Shown here: positions 51,600 to 62,880 of the stretch, one piece after another | Layout: each line of letters starts with the position of its first letter | How positions within the stretch are numbered: the first letter of the stretch is position 1 | Source: Eledone cirrhosa | Taxonomy: Eukaryota | Direction of reading: 5' to 3' | DNA: 64,000 bases | NCBI GenBank assembly: GCA_964016885.1 | Contig: OZ024740.1 | Coordinates: 65,472,001 to 65,536,000, forward strand | The notes under the pieces: model-generated | Databases searched by the model: none | Told to the model about the DNA's origin: nothing | The model's input: the letters and a program-made list of their open reading frames with translations, nothing else | Program-made: the position numbers and the translations under genes

Positions 51600-52172
51600 C
51601 TATCTAGAGGGGGGTTAAATTCCCGAGATCCATGGACGAATTCTCTCCAGCGGTCTCTGTCCCTCATTATCACTGCCAAGTCCTGCGTCTCCAACAGACC
51701 AGTGTCTGTCCTCAGGGCATCAACATATGTTAACCTTGGTCTTCCGCTTCCAGTGTGTCCATGCATGGGCTCCCACAGGAGCACTGAGTGCAGAGTCAGC
51801 TCTGGATGTCGGTAAGCATGTCCAGCTAACCTCATTCTCCTCTGTGTCACTTTTGAGCTGATTTTGGGAGGCTCCCATACAGCTCTGAGTTTTTCATCCT
51901 CAGTGTATACTGATTAATGTTCAGGGCCATCCCCAGCATTCTCGTGTAGCACCCATCCACCATCTGAGTGAGTTTCTTGGTCAGTTTCCAAGTCTCAGAC
52001 TCGTACAGCAGCACAGACTCCACTACAGCAATGAAGGTCCGACTTCCACACCGATCTACACGAAGGTCCGACTTCCACACCGATCTCAAGCTGTGGCACG
52101 CCGCCGAGGCTTTGCTCTCCCTCTCGACCACATCATCTTCCGTATTCCCAATCTTTCCTCCAAAATACAGGA
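51600..52172 (-). mobile_element. RTE-group LINE 3' fragment
   Basis: VESVLLYESETW..YTRML and RMRLAGHAYRH..LLWEP..GRPRLTYVD..DRDRW. Confidence 0.82.
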
Positions 52173-53729
52173 ATGCATTAAATTATAAAAATTCATATTT
52201 TCATAAGACAAATAGAATGCATGTCACACAATGTACGAAGGAATCTTATTTGCTGATGAGCTATTACTTTCAGTGTGTACTGCTAGGTATATTTCTAACT
52301 ATAAATCAGTTAAGCCTTACTTCGGTGAATCATGGAAAATATTTTTAGAAATATATATTGTATTATCAAATTGCATGCTCTTAAAAATAATCGCTTAACG
52401 TTGGTAAATATTCCCAACTTGCCACACACATAAAACATACCGATATGAAGCATGTTGAGTGTTGCTAATAATACAATATTTTGGAAGAATAGTGTTGATA
52501 AAGAAGATCAATACTTATTGGTTTTCTTTTTCTTCTTGGGCATATTATAGAGTGGAATTTTGTAAAGATTCAGTGTATTATGATTAATTTGTTATTTTCC
52601 AGGCTGATTATTTTTAGTGTAAATATGTGATGACACTATTCTTTCATTCCCTTTCACAAATTTAAGTTATCTAGGGAATTTTTATTTGATTTAATTTTAT
52701 TCGAATTCCATTAGAATTTCAATTGTCAGATCAATATTTGAACACAGAAATCTAGTTTTGATAAGATATCTAAAATGAAATATGCATATGATATAAGGTT
52801 GAATGCATTAGAAATATAGCAGCTACATGCCAGCATCTATTTAGAAACGGGTTTAGAAATAGAATATTTCGTATTTCATCTTGCTGGTGTCGTTTATATG
52901 TTTCATTTTATATTATTGAAATAATGATGAATTATTTACTGTTTCTGTGAGGAAAGTGACATTTATTTCAGTTGAAATGGGTACAAATGCTGTTGGAAAT
53001 ATTTATAACCCATCAGCTTAATGATAAAACCAAACTTCAGTATAGCTTATATTTTATGGAAACATTTTCCAGCAAGCATCATTTTGTGATAGTTATTAAG
53101 CAGAAATGGCCTCAGCCTTTGTAAATATAACATATATTACTGGTAGAATTATTATTTGAGAATGCATAACTTATTGTTTCATATGTAATCAGATGTTGAA
53201 GATAGCACAAATTTGTACTTCTGACACAATGCCAGCAATTGAGGGGAAGGGGAGAGTCAATTGAATCGTTTCATGTGCGTTGCTGTTACTAAAAAGTTGC
53301 CGAGCCCGTACTGATGAACATTGGTGCTAACCATGGGTATAATTCTAATAAGCACGTAGAGGGCTGTAACTAAATGCCCAAAAGCATTTCGTCTAGTGCA
53401 AATAATCAGGAAATTATTAGATTAACTTGTTCTCCTTGGTTCTGGAATTAAACCGTTACAATTCCAATAACCTTTCCTCCCATTTCTTTGACGACGTCAC
53501 AATAATTTAAAAAACAAATATAAGGAATAAATTTAATTTTTATAATTTATTTAGAATTCATTTTAATGAGAAATACAAAAGGTGATCATATCGAAGGTTC
53601 GCGGAGAGAAAGAAAGAACATTTATGAACAATGAATGTGTATATACTCTGTTGGTGCAAGGCACATATATTAAATTCCTTTTCTTAAATATATTATTTAC
53701 CCACATCTCTATTCATTATTTCTTTTTAC

Positions 53730-53830
53730 AAGGTTAACTTTGCCTTTCATCCTTACGGGGTCGATAAAATAAAGTACCAGTAATGTACTGGGCAATTATT
53801 GGCCTTGTGCCTAAAGTAGAAACAATTATT
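53730..53830 (+). mobile_element. SINE family 1, 3' half
   Basis: tttgcctttcatccttacggggtcgataaaataaagtaccag...ggccttgtgcc. Confidence 0.8.
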
Positions 53831-54168
53831 TCTTTTTACAATTCTCTGTTGCATGATGAGGAAGCCTAGTGATATATCTAATCCGATAAATGATTCTGGT
53901 CTAGTGGGTAAGTTTAAACAAATACCTCGTGTATGTAAGAAAAGAGTTATTACTACTTACAATATAACTCTTGTATACAGCACTTTCCTAATATCGGGCA
54001 CGTGAAAGTAATCCTTTTCAGGGATGGCTGAATCGTTTAGAGTTAGAAGGCAGTGCTGGCGACTACTCTTGCAGAGCTGATCAACTGGATGTTTTCCGTT
54101 TCTACTAACAATCCAGTTATATAGGATATATTTGCCTACGAGGCAGTAGTGTTGTGAATGACAGAACT

Positions 54169-54420
54169 TTAAAGATAAATATGATCTATTCTAAGGCCCC
54201 ACTCGGTCACGATTGACCATGGTTTTGAACCTAGAAAGTTTCCCTCTGAGGCACAAGCCTGGGCAAGGTTTGTTTTGTCAAAGATAAGTAGTCGCCGATG
54301 CATAGCTACCGATGTTGTCCAAGAGAAAGACAATGACCGATACAGCTTGCCACCAGTGACGTCGCAACTCATTTCTACAGCTGAGTAAACTGGAGCAACG
54401 TGAAATAAAGTGTCTTGTCG
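54169..54420 (-). mobile_element. Second SINE-like family, 3' part
   Basis: ccagtttactcagctgtagaaatgagttgcgacgtcactggt resembles a cephalopod SINE core as I recall it; not database-verified. Confidence 0.55.
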
Positions 54421-54424
54421 TGCT

Positions 54425-54484
54425 GTATGTTTGTTTACAAACAAACAAACCGAGCATTATAATAAATGTTCGGTAAACCGATAC

Positions 54485-54558
<74 letters not shown>

Positions 54559-54625
54559 ATGTGCATGTATGTATATATATACATACTGCTGTACGTCTGT
54601 ATACATATATGTATGCACGTATACA
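54425..54625 (-). repeat. Unclassified microsatellite-embedded repeat (same family as 27100-27306)
   Basis: Reverse complement of the ggtttaccgaacatttattataatgctcg core and the upstream gtatacagacgtaca block. Confidence 0.75.
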
Positions 54626-54629
54626 TACT

Positions 54630-54718
<89 letters not shown>

Positions 54719-55198
54719 TTACCTTTATGTATGTATGTTTGCCCCCAGGTGTAGATTCATACAGATAATCGTTGACGATATTCCCATGACCATTCTACCA
54801 TTAAACACACCAGTACTGGTGCATTTTTGTGTAGCTCTGCATAAATAACATCCTGCTATATTTATGTTACTTTACTTTCAGATTTAATCTATATTTTGGT
54901 GCAATATAATGTTAATTTTATGTTTTGTATGTATGAAGCATGTTACAAAGCTGTACTTGAAAAAATAATATCTTCTATATATCTTTGAAATGCATTGATA
55001 TATTACATAGTCATTGATGCGAGGAATTGATTGCTTTGACAAACGTTTCAAAGTCCGGTGATATATGGATGTTCTGTAACAATGAATTTTTGTACATATC
55101 GTCGTGGGAGTTGTTGTTCAATAACCGTTGTATTCACGCTTGGTTTGGTTTGAAAATTATAAATTGATATGTTATCCTATACTTCATATATTTATATA

Positions 55199-55684
55199 TA
55201 CTAGCAGAAAAACCAACCTTCGGGTGGTTTTCTACTAGCATGTGTAGTGTTATATTGATATTATACGCAGGTATATATACATGTAGATATGATACATCAA
55301 ATAAAATTTTAATTGACAATATATAATACATAGAAATTGAACGAAGACTGCGTTACACTGTCTTATTTAATTAGTAACGTATTCCATGATATATTAAAAA
55401 AGACGATATTATATATAAACTGCATTAGGAGAAAATTAGTGACAGAAAATTAATATGTTTAATTAAGCGACGGCCAACCGGAAGTGTTGACATTTCAGAA
55501 ATTTTAAAGAAGTGAATCTTTAAATAAACAAAATATATTTAATCAACAGCCACGACATTTAGTAGATAAATTATATAATATTCATTCATTATTTATTCAA
55601 AGTAATCCAACTTATTTTACTAATGGGACAAAACATTATAAACTCTACGCAGTCCCCCGCTACTTACTTTATTATAGTTTAGAT
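55199..55684 (+). mobile_element. Possible Helentron/HINE-type non-autonomous element
   Basis: ACTAGCAG start with a hairpin at 55201-55238; ends tttattatagtttagat. Confidence 0.4.
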
Positions 55685-55804
55685 ATTCGGGGTGTGTACA
55701 CATACGAACAAATGCACTTACATGCATACACATATGAGGTAGTCCCATAAGTACTGTCACTTTTAGTAGTAGGTTTTAAAACGAACATCATGAACAACAG
55801 AAGT

Positions 55805-56300
55805 GTCACCCTTGGCGGAGTTTCATAACCACAATGAATGGATTTGATTTAGCACCATTGTTTTCAATGCGGATACTAGGGCATTCGTACATAGGCATCA
55901 GGGTAACACGAGGATTTCCATCAATACACTCCTACAGAACCTTTCACAAAAGGTTCCAAAGAATGCGGATATGTGCCTTTACACAATCTACGAAAGAAGA
56001 ATATACACCTCTATGCAATTCTACCAGGATTTTTCAAATACCTGCATCAGTGAGAATATACGGTTGGTCGTATTTCATCCTGGGACTATTCTTCAGCTAG
56101 CCTGGATTCGATGATATCTATTTTCCATACATTTAGACTAGACTTTACAGGGGAGGCTTAACAAGAGGATCCCTCTTTATTTGAAGCATTATCCCTTGTC
56201 TCCGTTGTTATAAATTGTGATTTTTACACCTGATTGCCATTGCTTAGATGCCTTTCCAGATATCCAACAACATAGTGCTATACAGCAGGAATGAATGCAG
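55805..56300 (-). mobile_element. RTE-clade RT fragment, decayed
   Basis: Minus strand: W..GK..KQWQSGV..IY..GDK..RGILLLSLP.KV, then FEKSW..FVD..KA and LRQG. Confidence 0.7.
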
Positions 56301-56719
56301 GTGATGCGAAGTCTGAGGATCCCATCGTCGCAAGGGTGCCTGCACAATGCACTCTATATGTAATTAGAGTTGCCATGAAACAGGGGAACATTTCAAGTTT
56401 CTCTGGGCTGTGTGCACGAGAAATGGGGCAAAGGAGGCTAAATTATTAATTACAAGAATTGCAGGAGCAATAATATGAACGCTTTATCACTCGGTAATTA
56501 AAAATGTGGTGTAGGGGTAAAACCAAACTCGCTATCATTAACTCGGGATTCGTACCATTCCTTAATATGATATTGAATGTTGTATAATGACAGAGAAAAT
56601 GATCGCGAATACATGCGGCCGAAATGGGGTTGCCTCGCAGGGTGTTTGGAGTAAGGTTACTCGCTTGAAAGCGTAAGCCGTAAGTCGCTCCGTTTAAATT
56701 CGCTACTTCTCGTAAATCG

Positions 56720-57246
56720 TTAAACATATTTTACTGGTAAAAGCAGCCAGTAGGACACCCCGATAATATAAATGTGATTGGCCTTTCTCTCTTCCTCGTC
56801 GGGATCCTGCCAAATCAATAGTAGACGTTTCCTTCTGACATGACGCACTGGAAATTGTACTAGCTGAATTTACCTCTATGAAATAAGTGGCTACATTAGA
56901 AAGGTGCTCCAGGTAGATCCACTAATATTTCGAATTGAGAGCTGACAGAATGTCTCAGGAACGAATTGCTGGACAGATTTAGCGCACAAAACCAAACCGA
57001 GGGAAACCTAAAAGTAAACGACCGGTGAGATGATTGGATAGCATCCATAAGCTCGGTGTGTCTCATTTGGGCATCTTGTCGGATCAATTGGAGACGGGTT
57101 CTTCTGACATGAACCACTTGAAGGAATGTTTGAAGTCTCCCCTGACGAAGAAGAAGAAGAAGAAGAAGACGAAGAAGAAGAAGAAGAAGAAGAAGAAGAA
57201 GAAGAAGAAGAAGAAGAAGAAGAAGAAGAAGAAGAAGAAGAAGAAG
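56720..57246 (+). mobile_element. RTE-clade 3' fragment with (AAG)n tail
   Basis: LDSIHKLGVSHLGI..QLE resembles the RTE C-terminus. (AAG)n at 57148-57246. Confidence 0.55.
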
Positions 57247-58269
57247 GGCCTTGAAGAAATAAAATTGCAGGGTACCAACTAATTTAATGAAGTATATATT
57301 CCCCCTTTAAAACATTTCAGCACTGTGAAATGTTTTTTATGACATTCTTATAGAAATTAAATGGGTTCGAAGAGAAAAAGCCGTGGTGTACATTTTAGGA
57401 CTTTATGCCTGGGAGAATTCTATATGATTTGCTGTTACAAAGCGCACATTCCTTTGATCTTTTGCTAAATGAATTTGTATCCATGTTATTAGATTGGAGA
57501 AACCTCTATCATTTTGTTCCATCATATGTTTCCCAAGAGCAGACGCTGTTGTCATTTCAATTTGATTGAAGGGTGAGACACGTGTGTAAATAATTTGCTT
57601 CTACCATACCACACATATATTAGTACCTATTACTTCATTTGTGTTCTTAGCCATAACTCAGCTTCATATACGGATGTAATGTTACAAGCCTATTGCAGAG
57701 AGCATGCGCTTTTTATTCTACAACAGCAAACTGGTTCTTTTCTGACTGTATGTCTTGCAGGTATACCACTCTTCATGAAAGTGCCAAATGAATATCTAAT
57801 CGCAGATGTGTGCGTACTGAATATACAACAATATTTTTGCTGTAGAGGAGCATTTTATTCATTAGTTCATTTGATAGGGACTTAATTTTGATACACTACT
57901 GCAACGTTGTATGTCAGGAACCTATGTCATTGTATGTTATCATCTTTATTCGATATATAATAGCCCGTGAAAACATGTAATTAAGTCTCGGTTACGTCGA
58001 GGAACTTAGCCACAGTGATGTATTAAATCTCTACGAAGGTTTTTAGAGTGTACCCATAAAAATTGCGTCATAAATTGCGATTGGAGAATTCATTCTTTAG
58101 TTTGCATGGCATAAGGCTGAATGAAATATAAAGAATTCTGAGGCCTATGTAAGAAGGTGCTAGCTTCAACACTTGGTCAGAACTTAGTCAGCAGGATAAT
58201 TGTGGTAGGTGTAAAAGCTGAGCTCAGTAACTTCAGTTACGTTTTCCTGAGTACCCTTACCTGTAGTCA

Positions 58270-58670
58270 TGAATCTTGGGCAATACAAACTTGAATAAAA
58301 GCGGCTGAATTCGGACTCCGATAGGGTGAGTAGTTCGGAGATCAGTGTGTCGATCCAGGTAGAGATGCCACTTCTCTGCATCGATTGATTACAGCTACAG
58401 CTCCGTATTACGAACACATAGTTATAATTTCAAGTATAGAATCACTAGATAGATCTTACGATTAAGGTCAATCTGCATGAGACCAAGGAGTAGACCACGA
58501 GTAAGTTGGTTGGATGACCTCGAGTGATCTAGATCGGGCACCCAACCGAAACATTTAGAGAGGGCTACTTCTCATAAGCTTCTCTGGGTAGCGTGTCTGA
58601 GGAAAATACCACCAGGCTCTTCTCAGGTATCAGTGGAAACAAGAAATAGAAGAAAAAAGAAGAATATAAG
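58270..58670 (+). mobile_element. RTE-clade 3' fragment, decayed
   Basis: DRVSSSEI..VE..LL.I..QL and RPRSRPRVSWLD..LW..L.KIPP, plus a GAA-rich tail. Confidence 0.65.
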
Positions 58671-58929
58671 TCAATCACCACACATGCCAGCGCTGACGTA
58701 TGATCACGACGAAACATCGAAATGATTATCTGGCTCATATTTATTTATCCATACAAACCCGTTTCCATAAAGAAGGGTTTCGAGGATATTCACAAGGATT
58801 ACTATATCTTGAGCACTAATATAGATAAAACTACGGGTGAATTATAAGTTTCTAACGAATATTAGTCACGAAATTTAGTGGTAAATGTCCCCTATGTCTT
58901 AATGTGTGAATCTACTTCTATTTTTGTAG

Positions 58930-58975
58930 GTGCTACCTCTGAACCAGGATATTACACACGTTGCGCTGTTCCATT
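58930..58975 (+). other. Candidate 46-nt host exon
   Basis: Pyrimidine tract with TAG acceptor (58921-58929) and GTAAGA donor (58976). Two open frames, no recognisable protein. Confidence 0.25.
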
Positions 58976-59942
58976 GTAAGATATGTTCACGTGTACGTTA
59001 ATATCTCTTAATATTCTCTTTCTAGCAAGTTTTAATTTAGTTGTGGCAAGTTTCAGTAATCTACAGCTGGGTCAGTTATTGAAGTCAGCCGTATGTTTCT
59101 TCGTGTTCAAGAGGGTTTCACCTAGGAATTTAACTCGTTTTTATTTTAACTTTCTAGCAATAAACTTAACACCATCATTTAAATGTTTATAGGAATGTAC
59201 TCTAGATTTTTTAAACTTAATTATAATTGTATTCAAAATTAACTGATTATATCTATCATAATCTTCTACCTCGTACGGATTATTTGTCTTATCAGAGAAA
59301 ACACGTATTTAGAAGAGGATTTAAAAAAAAAATCGTTACAGAGATAAATTTAAAAGGATTCCTGTACTTACAACATTTTGTTGTTGGATATAATATCTAT
59401 GACTACGGCTACAAACGATGACGCATCTTTTCATCTTAAGGCACTTATAACATTTAATATTAAAAGGTGCAGTTGAAACTGTGGAAATGCGAGCAGCACA
59501 CAAACAGAACGGCGCGGAAAGGTCAACGACGACACACCGCACCAGCTGCGGGTAACATTTTTCTAGAGTGTTTTATTTCGAGGATGAATCTACGTTACGA
59601 AAACAACTAAATCTTTTGAAATATTTCACAGAAATCTATTGAAATATTTTATATTATGAATGCGAGGAATCTTATAAGAGTAAGAGTCTAACATTAGATG
59701 TATAGGAAAGACCCAATGGTGAACCGTCGATGAGACAAATACTGAAAATAATTAAAACAAGGAATGAAAATTAAACCTAAGGGCATATCAAATAATATAC
59801 TAAATTATCAATACAGATCTGAACATTTCCCCAGTAAGTTACATGCGACAACACGGGAAGATGCATGTGCACATAAACACGCAAACTCTCTTAACACACA
59901 CACACGTCATGTATATGCATACATCCATACATATATATATAT

Positions 59943-60456
59943 ATATTGTTATACTTTGGGAGGGTCATGTTGCAAATAAGAAACACACGCACCAGTTGCT
60001 TTCACTTCAATTTATTATATATTTATAAATTTATAAATTTACAAATTTACAAACTTATACATTTCTGGCTGGTTGGTTGGTTCCACAACCAGATAGTTGT
60101 TTATATGCGCAAACTGAGCACACAACACACACACAGAAACAAAATGGCGTAGGATAGAAGAAAGGAAAGGCACAGAAACGAAGAAAGGAATCCCCAGTCA
60201 CTGAAGAGGTCACAGAGTGTGTGACTAAAGGACTATGACTATATATAAACAACTATCTGGTTGTGGAACCAACCAACCAACCAGAAATTTATAAGTTTGT
60301 AAATTTGTAAATTTATAAGTTTATAAATATATAATAAATTGAAGTGAAAGCAACTGGTGCGTGTGTTTCTTATTGGCAACATGACCCTCCCAAAGTATAA
60401 CAATATCGGTTTCAACACACGATTTCAGATAAAGAATCTTGCTAAATTCAGAAACG

Positions 60457-60459
<3 letters not shown>
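59943..60459 (+). mobile_element. PLE terminal-repeat fold-back: 164-bp arms, hammerhead in the spacer, 53-nt tail, between (TA)n
   Basis: 59943-60106 pairs with 60243-60406. Shares aaaatggcgta and atgaccctccc..tataacaatat with 33924-34868. Confidence 0.82.
60196..60240 (+). ncRNA. Decayed minimal hammerhead ribozyme
   Basis: agtca-CTGAAGA-ggtcac..gtgac-[taaa]-ggac-TA-tgact. Confidence 0.62.
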
Positions 60460-60520
<61 letters not shown>

Positions 60521-60669
60521 CAGATTAAAGTTTAAGCAAAGAATCGCTGCTGTCACCCTTAACGGAATCTTCTGAAACTAACAAAGTCAATCTGTGAACG
60601 CAGAAGTAAATATTTCAAAAAACGTTGCAACCGGAGGAAGACAGGAAGACGATACTTTGGTTCGTGGAA

Positions 60670-60940
60670 ACGCTCTCTGGCAAAGAACGGGAAAAAACGA
60701 ATATAATACGTCATTATTTGGAGCAGTGAAAAACAATTACACACAAAGACAAAACCACGTTTATGGTATAAAAGAAGTCGTAGACTAATATTCTATTAGG
60801 TGGTTTATAGAGATGTTCTCTGGCAATGAACGGAAAAAACGAAGATAATACGTCATATGTGGTGCGTGGAGAACAATTGCACGCAAAGACAAAACCAGGT
60901 AAATGGTATAACTGAAGTCGTAGACTAAAATTCTAACTAG
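60670..60940 (+). repeat. Diverged tandem duplication, period about 142 bp
   Basis: tctctggcaa...aagtcgtagacta occurs at 60674-60795 and 60817-60935. Confidence 0.8.
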
Positions 60941-60963
60941 GAAACCGAATGATTCTCGGCGTC

Positions 60964-61300
60964 AGAGTTAAGAATAAAGTAAATAAAATACAGAGTTAAT
61001 TGAAATTAAATAAATACATACACGCATCCATATACGTACATACACAACGTCTCCGAACATATGTGTATTTACATGTAGGTATGTGTGCGCGCTTGTTATA
61101 TACGTATTTATTTATTTATATACGTTTATTTAATTATTTGTATATACGCACACACACACATACATATATATATATGCGTGTATTTGTATACCTATGGCGA
61201 TTGTTTTCGCGTATGCTTGTGTATGTACGTATATGGATGCGTGTATGTATTTATTTAATTTCAATTAACTCTGTATTTTATTTACTTTATTCTTAACTCT
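60964..61300. repeat. Perfect 84-bp inverted repeat
   Basis: 60964-61047 is the reverse complement of 61217-61300. Confidence 0.9.
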
Positions 61301-61310
61301 TTAATTTCAA

Positions 61311-62067
61311 TTGGTGGGGTGTTGCTCTTACCCTAAGCCTGAAGCTTACCCCCTTCAACAGCAATGCAACACACCAGCTGTAATCTATGAAGCTGTGGTC
61401 ACTTCCAACCGACCAAACGAACCACAGGAGGTCAAATCCTATGTGTGCATGGCTGAGGGCCGATTCAAGGAACGTTTTCTGAACCACGAGTCTACCTTCA
61501 GATACCCAGACAGACGGTCATCCACGAAACTCGTGAGCCACATATGCTCCCTCAAGGACTCAAGTATAGACTACTGAATTCAATGGAAAGCCAGCACTAA
61601 GTCCAAGCCATACGGAAAGGGCAAATCCGACGTGTGGCTTATGTATTGACGAACGAATAAGTATTCTAAAGAGATTACGCAATAGTGATTGCCTAAACAC
61701 GAGGAGTGAATTTTCCACACGTTAACCACACGTCGCCAAATACCTATTGCATAACTACAAGACTCCGGACTGATTCTTTGTAATTTTATTTTCAACCTAA
61801 AAACTTTTCTGACTTTCGCAGTTATCTCCCTTACACCTCTCGCATGCAGTCTAGTATTGCCTGTGAAGTGACTGGGTTTTCTGCGCATGCGCGTTCGTAC
61901 GGTTGTCCTTCCCGTTCCTATAACCATGCCCAATCCGAGCTGAAGATCCGTAAGGTGAAACAATTGTTCTCGGTATGGTGAACTAACTGTTGTGTAACCG
62001 CTTCTACCTAACTCGTCCCTTTGACTGAGTGCTCTACCACTACGGATATTACCTTCCAGTGTTTCAC

Positions 62068-62070
<3 letters not shown>
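61311..62070 (+). mobile_element. Penelope-like element (Naiad-type), 5'-truncated: decayed finger, GIY-YIG, hammerhead, tail
   Basis: VIYEAVV..YVCMAEGRFKERFLNH..F..TKL..I..LKD, CGLC and LNTRSE..[TAA]PH..KYLL. Confidence 0.85.
61935..61973 (+). ncRNA. Minimal type I hammerhead ribozyme
   Basis: ccgag-CTGAAGA-tcc gtaa ggt-GAAA-caattg-TT-ctcgg. Confidence 0.82.
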
Positions 62071-62120
<50 letters not shown>

Positions 62121-62148
62121 ATCAAAAGATGGTTAAAAGAGTTCCATG

Positions 62149-62219
62149 TATTTTATTATGCGCATTTCAAAAACAAATATCATCATGCAATAACATTTGT
62201 GTTTTCATCAGATAAAATA
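62149..62219 (-). ncRNA. Minimal type I hammerhead ribozyme
   Basis: Reverse complement has the same stem I, CTGATGA, GAAA and tgcgca as 30006-30076. Confidence 0.85.
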
Positions 62220-62599
62220 GGAAGACATGATATGAAGGTTAAAAAAACACTTGTGAATAGTGCAGTTTTAAATCAACATATGAAAAGTAGTTTTAGATTG
62301 ATGTGTGATATTGGGAAAAAATGTTGAGGGTGGAAAGGATGAAAAAATGTTGAGGTGGAAAGGATGAAAAAGAGGAGGAGATGAGAGTAAAAAGTGGAGA
62401 GGGAGGAGTATAATGAGGAAGGATGAGATAGGAGGGGAGATGGGTGATAGAGAGAGAGAGATACCTTTTATAACTGAGAAAAACATATTGTTTTACATAG
62501 AGAGGTTGAAAAACCGTTTGAAGATAATATATAAATTAAAAGAATTTGAAAATTAATGAAGAGAAAAACAATGTTAAGTTAAGGTTTGTATATTGAAGG

Positions 62600-62880
62600 T
62601 TTTAATAATATGTGCGATGAAAAGAAATTGTTAATATGTATTAAGAATAATATTTAAGGGTTTAATAATATGTGCGATGAAAAGAAATTGTTAATATGTG
62701 TTAAGAATAATATTTAAGGGTTTAATAATATGTACGATGAAAAGAAATTGTTAATATGTATTAACAATAATATTTAAGGGTTTAATAATATGTGCGATGG
62801 AAAGAAAATGTTAATATGTATTAAGAATAATATTCAAGGGTTTAATAATATGTGCGATGGAAAGAAAATGTTATATGTAT
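62600..62880. repeat. 60-bp minisatellite, about 4.7 copies; mirrored at 63740-63960
   Basis: tttaataatatgtgcgatgaaaagaaattgttaatatgtattaagaataatatttaaggg repeats with period 60. Confidence 0.92.

Noticed and set aside
51147-54625. Opposed copies of the unclassified repeat as TIRs of one 3.5-kb DNA transposon
   Set aside because: The interior has no transposase, and the same sequence occurs unpaired at 27100 and 30228.
57142-57260. CTGACGA followed later by GAAA as a hammerhead, and the poly-Lys/poly-Phe ORFs
   Set aside because: The intervening sequence is an (AAG)n microsatellite with no stem II. The ORFs are repeat translations.
62600-62880. Regular 60-bp periodicity as a CRISPR array
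   Set aside because: Whole units repeat with no unique spacers, no cas genes are present, and the context is eukaryotic.
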